The position numbers were made by a program, and so were the translations under genes. From IMG/VR virus record IMGVR_UViG_3300025121_000013: a DNA stretch of 64,000 nucleotides; one strand, written 5' to 3'. The stretch comes from a virus. Taxonomy: Duplodnaviria > Caudoviricetes. The notes under the pieces were generated by a model, which saw only the letters and a list, made by a program, of their open reading frames with translations, was not told where the DNA came from and ran no database searches. Of the stretch, positions 27,155-37,819 are shown in pieces. Position 1 is the stretch's first letter. Each line of letters starts with the position of its first letter.

Positions 27155-27601
27155 CTAAGGTTCAAAGTTATCATATTTATATCTATATTCTTCATCCCAC
27201 CATCCATTTTTAATCATATAATCTGCACTTTCTTTATATTTTTCTTTCCAATTTAATCTAATAAAAATAACATCATTGATATTTAATTTTCCTCTGGAAC
27301 ATTGATCGACACTTCCTATGTGTTTGACCCCATCTATCAAAGATATTCCACAAATAACAAAACCGTCTGTTTCAGTACAAATAGTTGGGTGGCTATTACA
27401 AGCTAAATAAATCATTCCTGGAAAAATAATATTTTTTCTATTTCTATACCCAGACAAATAACAAAGTATATTTGTAAGAAAAACAATCAGATAATGAAAG
27501 AAATAGAATAAATTCGGATGTTTAAAATAAAGATTATTAACCTTATAATTAAGCCAATCTGATTGAATATGAAATATAAAAAATTTCAAAATCCTTTTCA
27601 T
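27155..27601 (-). CDS. hypothetical protein
   Basis: 148-aa coupled ORF. Confidence 0.55.
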   Translation of the reverse strand: MKRILKFFIFHIQSDWLNYKVNNLYFKHPNLFYFFHYLIVFLTNILCYLSGYRNRKNIIFPGMIYLACNSHPTICTETDGFVICGISLIDGVKHIGSVDQCSRGKLNINDVIFIRLNWKEKYKESADYMIKNGWWDEEYRYKYDNFEP

Positions 27602-27939
27602 CCATTCTCTCCCTCAAACTTTTTCTTTAAATTTAAATATAATTCATATTGAACTTTTTTAACCCTATCTTCACTTTCTTTTGTTCTTTTTTCAAATTCA
27701 GCTTCACGTTTTTTTCTACGTTCAAATTCCAGATCCGTTTCTAAACTTTTAAATGTTATTCGATAGTTTCGTTCTTTTTCAGGATCATCATCTGTTTCTA
27801 AAAGATAATCAATTCCAAATCTATCAATTAAATTATTGACATATGCTAATAAATTTTTTAATGATAAAACTCTATATTCTTCTTCAAAATCTTCCATTGA
27901 AACATCAACTCTTCTTTCTACCATCAATCTTTCAGACAT
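27598..27939 (-). CDS. ETDEEF-motif small protein, paralogue 2
   Basis: SLKNL...FG...FKSLETDLEFERR...YLNLKKKFE. Confidence 0.7.
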   Translation of the reverse strand: MSERLMVERRVDVSMEDFEEEYRVLSLKNLLAYVNNLIDRFGIDYLLETDDDPEKERNYRITFKSLETDLEFERRKKREAEFEKRTKESEDRVKKVQYELYLNLKKKFEGENG

Positions 27940-28744
27940 CTTTTTTTCCCCTAAACTTAGTTATCATGACACATCTATAGCAATTAGGAATAAAACAAGA
28001 ATGAAATTTTTTATTAAAATCTTTAAAACTTTCAAGAAAACTATTTTCCTTTATATCATTTTCTATATCATCAATCTCCCATAATCCAAAAGGACATTTA
28101 AAAATTATTCCTTTTTCATCAATTAAAAAACTATACTTTCTTATTGGATTTCGACAATAACAACTAAATTGAGAATATGGCCCTTCAAGGAAGAAAAATG
28201 ATCTTCCGATGGGAACAATTGAGTTTGAGCTTCCTTCTTCTTCAGTCGTAATTCTATAATTAAATTTATATTTTTTTAAAAGTTTCTCAGCTCTTTTAAC
28301 ATTTTTATTTGAATGCCACCTATCTTTAGAAACGGCTATTCTTAAATTTGTTTTAAATTCTTGAAGTTTATCAATAATATCTTCTCCAAAATCTCCATTG
28401 GTAACTAAACGAACATTTGTGTTCATAGTGATATTTCTAATTATTTCTAACCAATTTGGATTACAAGAAAATTCACCACCCATTAAATTCACAGTTGATA
28501 TTTCATATTTTTTCAAAAATTCAGAGATTTTTTCAGACATTAAAATTGACATGTGACTTTCTTTTTGAGGAGAACACTCATAACAACAATGTGAACATTC
28601 TTGAGTACATTTCAAAGTCATTCTAACCGTGGGTTGTAAAATTCTATAACATGTATCGAACCTTTCACATGTTTCACAATTACAAGAAAATGGGGTATTT
28701 GTTTTCTTACATTCTTCCTCAAAACAAAAGTCACATGTTTTCAA
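27932..28744 (-). CDS. radical SAM enzyme with SPASM/twitch-like tail and Cys-rich N-terminus
   Basis: CTQECSHC, LMGGE, VTNG, IAVS; C-terminal CYC, KCP, SC..NCYRC. Confidence 0.85.
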   Translation of the reverse strand: MKTCDFCFEEECKKTNTPFSCNCETCERFDTCYRILQPTVRMTLKCTQECSHCCYECSPQKESHMSILMSEKISEFLKKYEISTVNLMGGEFSCNPNWLEIIRNITMNTNVRLVTNGDFGEDIIDKLQEFKTNLRIAVSKDRWHSNKNVKRAEKLLKKYKFNYRITTEEEGSSNSIVPIGRSFFFLEGPYSQFSCYCRNPIRKYSFLIDEKGIIFKCPFGLWEIDDIENDIKENSFLESFKDFNKKFHSCFIPNCYRCVMITKFRGKKDV

Positions 28745-29082
28745 ATTTTCGAATCCTTTTCAAACTTTTTCCTTAATCTTATATATTCTTTACGTTCGTA
28801 TTCTTCCTTTAATTCTTTTTCCCTTTTACATCTCATTTTAATTATCTCTTCTTTCCTCATTCTCTCTTTAAATTCATCATCAGTTTCCAACCGTTGATAT
28901 CTCAAGATAAGTCTACTATAATCCAACTCTGTTCTCGCATTTTCTCCAAAGTTTTTAATTAATTCATTTATTTTTATGATATTTTCTTTTAATGTATGTC
29001 CAATAAAATCATCTTGATCTAAATCTACAACTAAGGTGACAACTTCTTTTTCTGAAGAACATTTATTTTTATTTTTTCCCAT
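28741..29082 (-). CDS. ETDEEF-motif small protein, paralogue 3
   Basis: TLKENI...FGE...YQRLETDDEFKER...EYIRLRKKFE. Confidence 0.7.
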   Translation of the reverse strand: MGKNKNKCSSEKEVVTLVVDLDQDDFIGHTLKENIIKINELIKNFGENARTELDYSRLILRYQRLETDDEFKERMRKEEIIKMRCKREKELKEEYERKEYIRLRKKFEKDSKI

Positions 29083-29413
29083 CTATGATCTCCTTATCGA
29101 ACTCTTTTTTTAATTCCAAATATTTATTATACCGGTTTTTCCTTTCACGTTCTTGCATTTTATTTCTATAGATTTTAATTGATTCCTCGTCTTTTTTCCT
29201 TGCCTCAAATTCTTCATCTGTCTCAATTCTTTTATAAGATAATTCTATTGAACGATCATGTCCAGTCATATTTACTACAGCAGATTCTCCATATTTTTCC
29301 GAAAGATCCTCTACAGTTTTTATAATATCTTTTAAAGAGATGTTAAAAACATCATCATCCAGATAAATTTCTTTATATAAAAGTTTCTTTTCTTTTCTCA
29401 AAACGTCATTCAA
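29069..29413 (-). CDS. ETDEEF-motif small protein, paralogue 4
   Basis: SLKDII...YGE...YKRIETDEEFEAR...YLELKKEF. Confidence 0.7.
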   Translation of the reverse strand: MNDVLRKEKKLLYKEIYLDDDVFNISLKDIIKTVEDLSEKYGESAVVNMTGHDRSIELSYKRIETDEEFEARKKDEESIKIYRNKMQERERKNRYNKYLELKKEFDKEIIDGKK

Positions 29414-29476
29414 TTTTTAACTTCTCCTTTAGGATCTCTTTTTTCATTCTCCTTTGTTCCTTTCTTTTTTCAAATA

Positions 29477-30592
29477 CTATTCATAATCCCTTATCGCTAT
29501 ACCCGTAGCATGAACTGGAACTCCAGTTTCAGATCTTCCAATAAATCTAACCGTTAAAGGCAATCCCTTTAAAGATTGAATATTTTGGAGCCATGATTTT
29601 CTTAATTCTCTTGAACCTTTTGGTCTAACACTAAAAGTTTCTGAAGGATTGACGTCTAATTGTACTATAAAAATAACACAACCTTTTTCGACACCAGTTC
29701 CCTCTTCTCCACCAACAATCATAAATTCAGAATCTTCAAAAACTTTATATTTTTGCAAATCTTTATTTCTATAATCAAATGTGTATTGACCATTTATATT
29801 TCTTAAAATAATTCCCTCATACATTTCAGAAATAAATTTATCATGTAATTTTAACATTTCATTTTCATTATTTATTTTTATAGTTGGAACTTGAATTAAT
29901 TTTTTGAAATTTATTTTAGAAAATTTATTTGAAATATAATCTAATCTCTTCTCAAAATTCATTTTAGGAGCCAACTCAGCCATATCATAAATCCAATATT
30001 CAATCTCATTAGATGTTTCTCTTTGTTTCTTTACGTTTCTTATAATTTCTTGAAAACTCCATGTATGTTTATATAATTCCCCATCTCCAAATATATCAGA
30101 ACGTCCCTCTAAAAATTCACTTAATTCTTCATCTAAATGTTGAACCGTATTATATAATTTTCCATTTCTTGAAATATATTTTACTTTTTGTTTATCAATT
30201 AAATTTGAGATACTTCGAACCCCATTCATTTTTGGTTGGGCATAACATGGATAAACAATATGTCGTTTACTATTTTTATAATCTTGAGCTAACATAGGAA
30301 GATATAAAATCGAACCTATTTCAGGAGGATTATCTTCCTGATAGCCATGATCTTTTTTATTTGTCCAGGTTGATTGAGCCTCAGAAACCGCTTGCTCAAA
30401 CGGAGTTGTTTCATTCGATTTTCCAATATTTTTTCCTTCTGTAATTTCTTTTGCTGTGGTTATAATTTTCTTTCCTTGATAACCATGTTTTGTAATAATG
30501 GTTGGAACTCCATTTTTTTCTTCTACAAATATTTCCCATATTTTAACAAGATCTTTTGACGATCTACCATAAAGAATAGGAAAAGAAATCAT
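29477..30592 (-). CDS. lig: ATP-dependent DNA ligase
   Basis: QPKMNGVR (motif I), DGELY, YEGIILR, KYK, OB-fold; WGR-like N-terminus. Confidence 0.9.
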   Translation of the reverse strand: MISFPILYGRSSKDLVKIWEIFVEEKNGVPTIITKHGYQGKKIITTAKEITEGKNIGKSNETTPFEQAVSEAQSTWTNKKDHGYQEDNPPEIGSILYLPMLAQDYKNSKRHIVYPCYAQPKMNGVRSISNLIDKQKVKYISRNGKLYNTVQHLDEELSEFLEGRSDIFGDGELYKHTWSFQEIIRNVKKQRETSNEIEYWIYDMAELAPKMNFEKRLDYISNKFSKINFKKLIQVPTIKINNENEMLKLHDKFISEMYEGIILRNINGQYTFDYRNKDLQKYKVFEDSEFMIVGGEEGTGVEKGCVIFIVQLDVNPSETFSVRPKGSRELRKSWLQNIQSLKGLPLTVRFIGRSETGVPVHATGIAIRDYE

Positions 30593-30680
30593 ATGTATTC
30601 CGCCTTAGGTTTTGATTTTATAGGTGAAGTTAAAAGAAGTTTTTTAAAAGATTCTGATAAAAATTTTATACAATTAAATT

Positions 30681-31088
30681 CTAACATAGAGCCCATGTTA
30701 TAAGAATTTCATCATCTTCAAATAATGTTGTCCAACTGGAAACTGGTTTCCATTGATCTATTTTTTTAAAAGATTTTAAAATAACAATTTTAAATCCATA
30801 AGTTATTAAAAATAATCTAGTATATCTTATTAAATCCTTATAAATTTTAAAATCAAATTCAATTTCAAAAGAACATTTTGAACAAATTCCATCAAAAAAT
30901 TCAATATGACTATGTTCTTTATCTACATTAACATTAATGTTATTTTTACAAAAACAACACTTTATAATACAATCTTCAATAACATTTAATTCAATAAAAG
31001 TTTTTATATCAAAATCATTTAAAAAATTTATACAAGGTTCGGAACAAAATTTTTGTAAAATGCAATTATTGCAAGGAAACAACATCAA
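30681..31088 (-). CDS. Cys-rich hypothetical protein
   Basis: PCNNC....CSEPC, CCFC, CSKC. Confidence 0.55.
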   Translation of the reverse strand: MMLFPCNNCILQKFCSEPCINFLNDFDIKTFIELNVIEDCIIKCCFCKNNINVNVDKEHSHIEFFDGICSKCSFEIEFDFKIYKDLIRYTRLFLITYGFKIVILKSFKKIDQWKPVSSWTTLFEDDEILITWALC

Positions 31089-31930
31089 ACCTGAAGAAAA
31101 TATTTTTCATCAAATCCTCCTTGAATTCCTTTCCAAGAACTTGCAACTGCCTCTGATGTATGGATTGATTCCTCATGAGAACATTTTATGATCCAATCCT
31201 CTATCCCATCTATCGAATCGATTTTTTGAGAAATAACTCGAATTGCATCTTCAACAAAAATGGGATTTTCTGCTGCGATTCTAGCGATCTCTTGCTCATC
31301 TATTCTTTTGATTATAGGGTATGGCTGAGTTCGTATCGAGTTTTCGACAGTAAATATTAGATCCTCTAACCATATATAATTATTCTCTTTTATTTTTGCT
31401 ATGATTGATGAGAAAGATCTCTGTGCATGAGGAAAACCTTCTAAGCCATTATTTTTTAAATCTTTACATAATTCAGCAGAACATGGACAATATGAAGAAT
31501 ATTGAACTGTTACGCCCTGATAAAATGAAAATTTATCATCTAATAGATGCCCTTCAAACATACTTTTATAATATAAAGGAAATTCATTGTTTGAAATTGG
31601 AGATTTTTTAATAATAGGAAGTTTAAACTTAAATGTTAACATACTATTTTTTGTTTCAAGATTTTTTGCAATATCTTTTAAAATTTCAAGAATTAAAAAA
31701 TGTTTTAACGGTTTTCCTAAAAATGGTTTTAGGGTTAATAAAAGTCTTGACATGGAAATGCCTTTAATATCTTCTTTTAAATTTGTTTTTAAAGAAACTG
31801 AAGCTAAGACATCCGTATAACCACCTGATTTTAATTGAAGAATAAACGGAAGCTCAATATTTTCAACCCCAACCTGATTAATATATCTTTTAATCTCTGG
31901 CTCTGTTTTTTGAATGTCCGGCAGTGTCAT
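31085..31930 (-). CDS. folE2: GTP cyclohydrolase IB (FolE2)
   Basis: LPDIQ, QVGV, KGISMSR, SYCPCSAEL, HAQRS, KR.DE, FVEDAIR, EESIH. Confidence 0.92.
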   Translation of the reverse strand: MTLPDIQKTEPEIKRYINQVGVENIELPFILQLKSGGYTDVLASVSLKTNLKEDIKGISMSRLLLTLKPFLGKPLKHFLILEILKDIAKNLETKNSMLTFKFKLPIIKKSPISNNEFPLYYKSMFEGHLLDDKFSFYQGVTVQYSSYCPCSAELCKDLKNNGLEGFPHAQRSFSSIIAKIKENNYIWLEDLIFTVENSIRTQPYPIIKRIDEQEIARIAAENPIFVEDAIRVISQKIDSIDGIEDWIIKCSHEESIHTSEAVASSWKGIQGGFDEKYFLQV

Positions 31931-32035
31931 ATTTATACGCTCCTGATTTCATTGAGGAAGTTCTTCGTTAAACAATCATTTACCTTAAAACATAACAACT
32001 TTATTTGTACTTCTTACAATTTTATTACCTTTTTA

Positions 32036-32070
32036 GTGGGATGGGAGAAATGCCAAATCTCCCATCCCAC
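32036..32070. other. perfect 13-bp inverted repeat downstream of RNAP beta
   Basis: gtgggatgggaga-aatgccaaa-tctcccatcccac; no U-tract either way. Confidence 0.8.
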
Positions 32071-32076
32071 ATTATC

Positions 32077-35000
32077 TCACGGCTCTATTCCGATTGCCTT
32101 TAAATATGAATATAAGAGATTTACAGATTCAGGGGAAATATTTATTTCTTCATCAAACATCGTCATTCCAGTATTTCTAATACTATTTTTAATATGTTGA
32201 TTTTTTAAATCTATACAATCAGATTTTGTGGTAAACATCTCAAAAAGATTTGTGCTCGCTTCGTACCCAATCAAACTAGCGGACTCCATTTCACCACATC
32301 TTTGTCCGCCTTTATTCTTTCTTCCACCTAACGGTTGAAGAGTTTTCTTTGTATATGAGCCGATTCCTCTGGCGGCGAGCTTATCTTCAGCAATATGTGC
32401 AATTCTAAAAAAAGTTAAAAACCCTACTGCAACCTCATTTAAAATATCCATCTTAGAAATTGGATCAAAAACCTTATACTTAAAATTCTCATTTGTATAT
32501 TTTAAAGCGTCTTCAATTCCCTTCATATCTGTTGACTCAAAAGGTGGCTGATGAACTGAAAAATTCTCTAAAAATTCTTTTTCAATATTTTCTGGAAAAT
32601 TTTCAATAAATTGTTTTGTATACCAATTGCCTTCTGTTCTATCAATTATTTTAATAAACTCAATTAAAAATTCCTTTATTTTTTCCTGAGGTTCTGAATT
32701 TTTTAACATCTCTAAAGATTTCATTTTAAGGGTATTAACTGCCATCCCCAAATGAAGTTCAAATAATTGTCCAATATTCATTCTGGAAATTATTCCAAGA
32801 GGATTTATACAGATATCTAAATGTCTTCCATCTTCCAAAACAGGCATTTTTTCTTCAGGAATTATTGCTGAGATAACCCCTTTATTTCCATGTCTGTTAG
32901 CTATCTTATCTCCAACCTGGATTTTTCTAAAAAATATTCCTGACATTTCAACAAGTATACCGCTTATTCTTTCTCCCTTAATTTTATATCTTCCAGCCTG
33001 AGAAAATTTATTTAGAAAATTATCTCTAATAATATCTTCAATATCTCTTTTTTCAAAATGATCTTTTAGAGATTCTCTAAAAATATCTTCATTTCGTATC
33101 TGTTCATTTTTAACGGTTTCAACCCATCTTGAATATTCTGGAATTTCTTTGTTCCAATCATTTATATATAAATTGAGGTCTGTGATTATAACATTTTTAT
33201 CTGTAGTTTGTTCTTCCACTTCTTCAAAAACACTAGTAAATTCAGTTCCAGATAAAATACTTTTAGTTTTGGCATATGCTTGCCCTTTATAAATTCTTTC
33301 AAATTTTTCTGGAAGAGGTTTATATGAATTTTTTTCTAAAGATAAAAGAACTTTATTTGATGGAATATTAAAAGATAAATCTTTAAAATGAACTGAGGTA
33401 AATGAATCATCTTTTATCAATCGATCTGAAATTACAATGCCGTCTTCATAATTATATCCATAATAAACCATAACTCCGGTCAGAAGATTTTTTCCAAAAT
33501 TTATTTCACCATTTCTACAAAATAAACTCTCCGCTAAAATATCTCCTTTATTAAATGTATCTCCAACTTTCACATAAACTTTATAAATGTCTAAATTTTT
33601 TACATATATTTCTCTATGGCCAACCTCAAAAAAGTCAGGCGTTTCATCCTCATATTTTACAATTAAAATCTTTTGATCCAAATAAATTACAGTTCCTTTA
33701 TTTTTTGCAGTTTTTACAAATTGAGTTTTATCGGTATATAATCCTTCACAACCTGTTTTGATTAATTGTGAATCATTATTTTTTAAAAGAATTGTTTGTC
33801 TCATTTGTGATGATGCCATTTGCAATCTCGTCTGGTCATCTCTTTCAAGAAATGGGACAAATGATACTGGGATAGAAATTGGTTGATTGCTTCTCTCTTC
33901 TGAAAATCTTAAATTATTATCTAATTTTGTATTTATTAGAAGATTTTGTAAAACTCCACAATTTTCTCTATCTGGGGTATCAACAGGACAGATTCGATTA
34001 TACATAGAGTCATTTATATCTCTCAACCCCCTTGGAACATTTTCTCTCTTAAAACCACCAGGCCCAACTAAACTGGTTCTTGATAAACTGGTTAATTCTT
34101 CAATTGGATTTATCGCAAAATCAAATTGAACAATATCTGAAACATTACATTCAGAAATTATATGGCTAGTATTAATATTGAAATTTGGATTTCGTGTTGT
34201 TCTATTTGTAACGCATAAATCAAAAACGGCTTTAGCAACCTTTTCTAAAACAACATATTCAAAACATCTTATTCTTTTATTTCTTAAATCTAAATCATTA
34301 TAAAATCCATTAATTAAAGGATAAAGAATTTCATCTAAAACATTTTCAGTTCTGAAGAATTGGGAAGACATAATATCAACTTTTGGAATTATATCAAGAG
34401 CATATATAACATCATAACCTTTTGATTTAATATTATATTTTGTGTAATGCCGCCCTAACATTTCCATCAAAAATTCTTCTTCAATTCCTTCATTTTCAAC
34501 CTGAAATTCCTCAATATCTTTTAATAAATTTTCTGAAAAAACATTATGCTCTTTCATACCTAAAAGTTTTTGTTTTCTTTCTTCCAACTCTTTTTCAGAA
34601 AAATAGCATGCCATCAATAAAACTAAAGGGACTTTTTTACCCAAAAAAGATGCTTTTATAAAAGGCTCTGTTTTTTCATTTATTAACATTAATGTAGAAA
34701 CACAAGTTCTTAATTTAATAATTTTTCCTCTTGTCACAACAGGTAAATCGAACATTTGAAATAAAGGCATTTTCTTTCGACCGTTAATATAAAAATAATT
34801 ATTATCAATTAATTTTGGAACAGACATACTTAAATCAATCGTTGAATTTCTTTTCTTCAATTTGATAATCAAATTTCGTCTCAATGTTCTATGAAGTTCA
34901 CCAGAAGTAAATTTATGATCATAAAAATCCAATTCTTCGACAATAAAATCAAGATCTCTAGCAGGTTGTAAAATTATATTAACCTTGCTAAGTATTTCAT

Positions 35001-35085
35001 CATATTCATTTTTTCTGATTGAAAACATATTATTTACAGGATCGTCAATCTCATAAAAAGGATTTCGAATCATTGAATCCTCCAT
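32077..35085 (-). CDS. rpoB: multisubunit RNA polymerase beta subunit (copy 1); start probably 35073
   Basis: GPGG, RICPVDTPD..NCG, MASSQMRQ, GYNYEDGIVIS, GDKIANRHGNKGVIS, NPLGIISRMN, GGQRCGEME; GGAGG before ATG 35073. Confidence 0.93.
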   Translation of the reverse strand: MEDSMIRNPFYEIDDPVNNMFSIRKNEYDEILSKVNIILQPARDLDFIVEELDFYDHKFTSGELHRTLRRNLIIKLKKRNSTIDLSMSVPKLIDNNYFYINGRKKMPLFQMFDLPVVTRGKIIKLRTCVSTLMLINEKTEPFIKASFLGKKVPLVLLMACYFSEKELEERKQKLLGMKEHNVFSENLLKDIEEFQVENEGIEEEFLMEMLGRHYTKYNIKSKGYDVIYALDIIPKVDIMSSQFFRTENVLDEILYPLINGFYNDLDLRNKRIRCFEYVVLEKVAKAVFDLCVTNRTTRNPNFNINTSHIISECNVSDIVQFDFAINPIEELTSLSRTSLVGPGGFKRENVPRGLRDINDSMYNRICPVDTPDRENCGVLQNLLINTKLDNNLRFSEERSNQPISIPVSFVPFLERDDQTRLQMASSQMRQTILLKNNDSQLIKTGCEGLYTDKTQFVKTAKNKGTVIYLDQKILIVKYEDETPDFFEVGHREIYVKNLDIYKVYVKVGDTFNKGDILAESLFCRNGEINFGKNLLTGVMVYYGYNYEDGIVISDRLIKDDSFTSVHFKDLSFNIPSNKVLLSLEKNSYKPLPEKFERIYKGQAYAKTKSILSGTEFTSVFEEVEEQTTDKNVIITDLNLYINDWNKEIPEYSRWVETVKNEQIRNEDIFRESLKDHFEKRDIEDIIRDNFLNKFSQAGRYKIKGERISGILVEMSGIFFRKIQVGDKIANRHGNKGVISAIIPEEKMPVLEDGRHLDICINPLGIISRMNIGQLFELHLGMAVNTLKMKSLEMLKNSEPQEKIKEFLIEFIKIIDRTEGNWYTKQFIENFPENIEKEFLENFSVHQPPFESTDMKGIEDALKYTNENFKYKVFDPISKMDILNEVAVGFLTFFRIAHIAEDKLAARGIGSYTKKTLQPLGGRKNKGGQRCGEMESASLIGYEASTNLFEMFTTKSDCIDLKNQHIKNSIRNTGMTMFDEEINISPESVNLLYSYLKAIGIEP

Positions 35086-35092
35086 GAAAAAA

Positions 35093-37819
35093 TTAAACTT
35101 TTTCCCCTTTTAATATTCGGTCCATAATTCCAGTATATAAACCTTTATATACCATTCCATTTAATATGCTCTTTTTTGGATTAGAAAAAGCTAAAGCTAA
35201 AAGCCAACTTTCATAACTGGGAACCGATTGGACACTTTTCATTTCTAAAGATTTTTTATCACGATCTTTGGTTAATCTCCATTTTTTCATTCCATGCCAC
35301 ATTAACTGAGAAATCACACATTCAAAATGAACATGATGTATTTTTCCAGAAGAGGAATATACTTTAAATAAATTATTTAAAGAATTCATAAAATTATTAT
35401 CTTTAAATCTATGTAATAAATCAGAAGCGGTTTCTAAATCCCCAATAATATCCATCTGTTTCATCTCATCAATTTTTTCTTCAGATTTTTCATTAATTAT
35501 AGCAGACCCAGAAGTATGGAAAGTTCTTAAAACTAATTGAGTTCCTCTTTCACCAAGACACTGAGCCGCAACTACGCCAATAAATTTACTATTGATAATT
35601 TTGTATAAATCTCCATAACAAGTTTTACAAATATTTTCAGATTCACAATAAATAGGACTTCGTAGTTTTAAAGTTTTTCCAACTAAACTTTTAAAATTTA
35701 ACATTGTAATTTTTTTCAATTCATTATTCTCTATATAATTTCTGCCTATTAAAGATTTACTTTTATCTGCATTTTCAATAAAAAGTTCTATACAATCTTT
35801 AGTTCCACAATCTTCTAAATTTAAATCAAGTTGAAGATTACAACAGGTAAAAATCAACTTTCTTGAAAGATAGCCTGAGATTCCAGTATTTAATGCAACG
35901 TCTAATAAACCTTTTCGACATCCATATGTGGATATAAAAAATTCTCTTTTGGTTAACCCATTCATTAAACTATTTTTAATTGGTTCAGGTAAAATTTGTC
36001 CTTCAAAATTTGAGATAAACCCTCTTGATAAAACAATTTGTCTAACTTGGTCCCAAGTTCCTCTGGCTCCAGATTCAACCATATAAGAATATTTAAATAT
36101 TTTCTTTAAAGTTTCTATAGTTTCATTTGAAGATATATCTTCGATTTGTTTTCTTATATTTTCTCCTGAAAATATTTTATCTACATATTCCTTAGAATCT
36201 TTTGATGTACAATCAATTAAAGACATAGTGGTTCCGAAAATTGTTGAATATTTAAATCCCAATAATTTGATCTTATCTAAAACTATGGCTAATATTTCTT
36301 TAGAATAATTTTGTGAAATATCACTTAAGATTTTTAATAATTCATTTTTGCCTACAGAGTAATTTATTATAGGATAGTCTTCTGGAAAACACTCATTGAA
36401 TAATTTTCTTCCTTCTGTGATTTTAATATTTTTAAAAATAGTTTCTTTTGTTAAATCAGGAAATTTATCATTTGTTAACATATAAATTCCCAAAATTATA
36501 TCTTGATTTGGCATAGTCGCTAATTGTCCATTTGATGGACTGTTTAAATTATTTGTTATCAATAACTTATCAAGAACTTCATCTTTTGCCTCTTGAGATA
36601 TTGGTAAATATACCGCCATCTGATCCCCATCAAAATCAGCATTAAATGGCTCACATGCTAAAGGGTGAATTTTTATAACATTATCTGAGGATATTTTAAT
36701 TTTGAAACCAAGCATTCCTAATCTATGAAGCGTGGGTTGCCTATTTAAAATACAAACTTCACCCTTTACAATTTCTTCAGCTTCTTTATATAAATCCAAA
36801 CTTTTAAGATCAATGCATCTATCAACAAAATCTATTGCCTCGTTGAGAATTTTAAAACTTTCATTATTCACTAATTTTTGTGCAATTTGAATTTTAAATA
36901 ATTCTAAAATCATAACATAGGGTAAAACACATTCGTCAATATTAATAGTTGGAGATGGGACTATTACGGCTCTCCCTGAAAAATCAATTCTTTTTCCTAA
37001 AATATTTCCTCTTATCAATCCTTCTTTTTTAGAAAGTTTTTCCAATATAAAAACATAAAGTTGATTTACAGTTTTTTGAATTTCTTTAAAATACATATAA
37101 TATATCTTTTTATTTTTTTGAACTTCGACCAAAGTGTTTTCAATGATCTTTTTATTTGTTAAAAGTTGAACATAAAATCTATTTATTGGATCTGCGACAG
37201 GAACATTTTTTACCGTAGTTTTTGATGGGGGTCTTAAATCTGGAGGTAAAACAATTACTTCGTTTATTAAAATATTATTTAAATTTTCTTTTATTATATT
37301 CCAATAACTTAATTCTGGATTTTCTTCATCCTTTAAAATCTCTTTTGTAATTTGTGTAATAAATTCTTTTATTGCCTCAGTTTTTTCAAAAAATATTTTT
37401 TCTTTAGGGATGCTTTCAATATCTGTGGTTATAACAAATTCTCCATTATCATCTTTATATAAAATACTTTTATCATTTTTCATTAACATAGAAATCATTT
37501 CTTTAACTTTCTTTCCGCCAACAAAACTTAATAGTTCAAAAAACATTGGATTTACAATTGGAAAAGGCAAAACAATTTTTCCAAATCTTCTTCTTCTTAC
37601 ATTACTATTAACTATGTCAACATTACAAATATTACATTTTCCTCCGGATTTTGAAACGCCCCTATAAATTTTACATTGACATGTATAATTTCTTATTGGT
37701 CCAAAAAGTTGTTCTGAAAAAAGGCCATTTGGATGAAATTTTTTCTTATCAATAATCTCAAATGTAGTTACCTCTGGAAGATTTTCACAAAACTTAGAAA
37801 TATCTAAGAGTTTGGGCAT
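35093..37819 (-). CDS. rpoC: multisubunit RNA polymerase beta' subunit (unsplit)
   Basis: GLFSEQLFGP, CQC..CNIC zinc site, VLPPDLRP, GKRIDFSGRAV, LNRQPTLH, NADFDGDQM active site, second Cys site, AQCLGERGTQLVLRTFH trigger loop. Confidence 0.95.
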   Translation of the reverse strand: MPKLLDISKFCENLPEVTTFEIIDKKKFHPNGLFSEQLFGPIRNYTCQCKIYRGVSKSGGKCNICNVDIVNSNVRRRRFGKIVLPFPIVNPMFFELLSFVGGKKVKEMISMLMKNDKSILYKDDNGEFVITTDIESIPKEKIFFEKTEAIKEFITQITKEILKDEENPELSYWNIIKENLNNILINEVIVLPPDLRPPSKTTVKNVPVADPINRFYVQLLTNKKIIENTLVEVQKNKKIYYMYFKEIQKTVNQLYVFILEKLSKKEGLIRGNILGKRIDFSGRAVIVPSPTINIDECVLPYVMILELFKIQIAQKLVNNESFKILNEAIDFVDRCIDLKSLDLYKEAEEIVKGEVCILNRQPTLHRLGMLGFKIKISSDNVIKIHPLACEPFNADFDGDQMAVYLPISQEAKDEVLDKLLITNNLNSPSNGQLATMPNQDIILGIYMLTNDKFPDLTKETIFKNIKITEGRKLFNECFPEDYPIINYSVGKNELLKILSDISQNYSKEILAIVLDKIKLLGFKYSTIFGTTMSLIDCTSKDSKEYVDKIFSGENIRKQIEDISSNETIETLKKIFKYSYMVESGARGTWDQVRQIVLSRGFISNFEGQILPEPIKNSLMNGLTKREFFISTYGCRKGLLDVALNTGISGYLSRKLIFTCCNLQLDLNLEDCGTKDCIELFIENADKSKSLIGRNYIENNELKKITMLNFKSLVGKTLKLRSPIYCESENICKTCYGDLYKIINSKFIGVVAAQCLGERGTQLVLRTFHTSGSAIINEKSEEKIDEMKQMDIIGDLETASDLLHRFKDNNFMNSLNNLFKVYSSSGKIHHVHFECVISQLMWHGMKKWRLTKDRDKKSLEMKSVQSVPSYESWLLALAFSNPKKSILNGMVYKGLYTGIMDRILKGEKV

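Noticed and set aside
29410-29451. 13-codon ORF MKKEILKEKLKIE with a strong RBS upstream of paralogue 4
   Set aside because: Too short to support; may only be a translational-coupling leader or remnant
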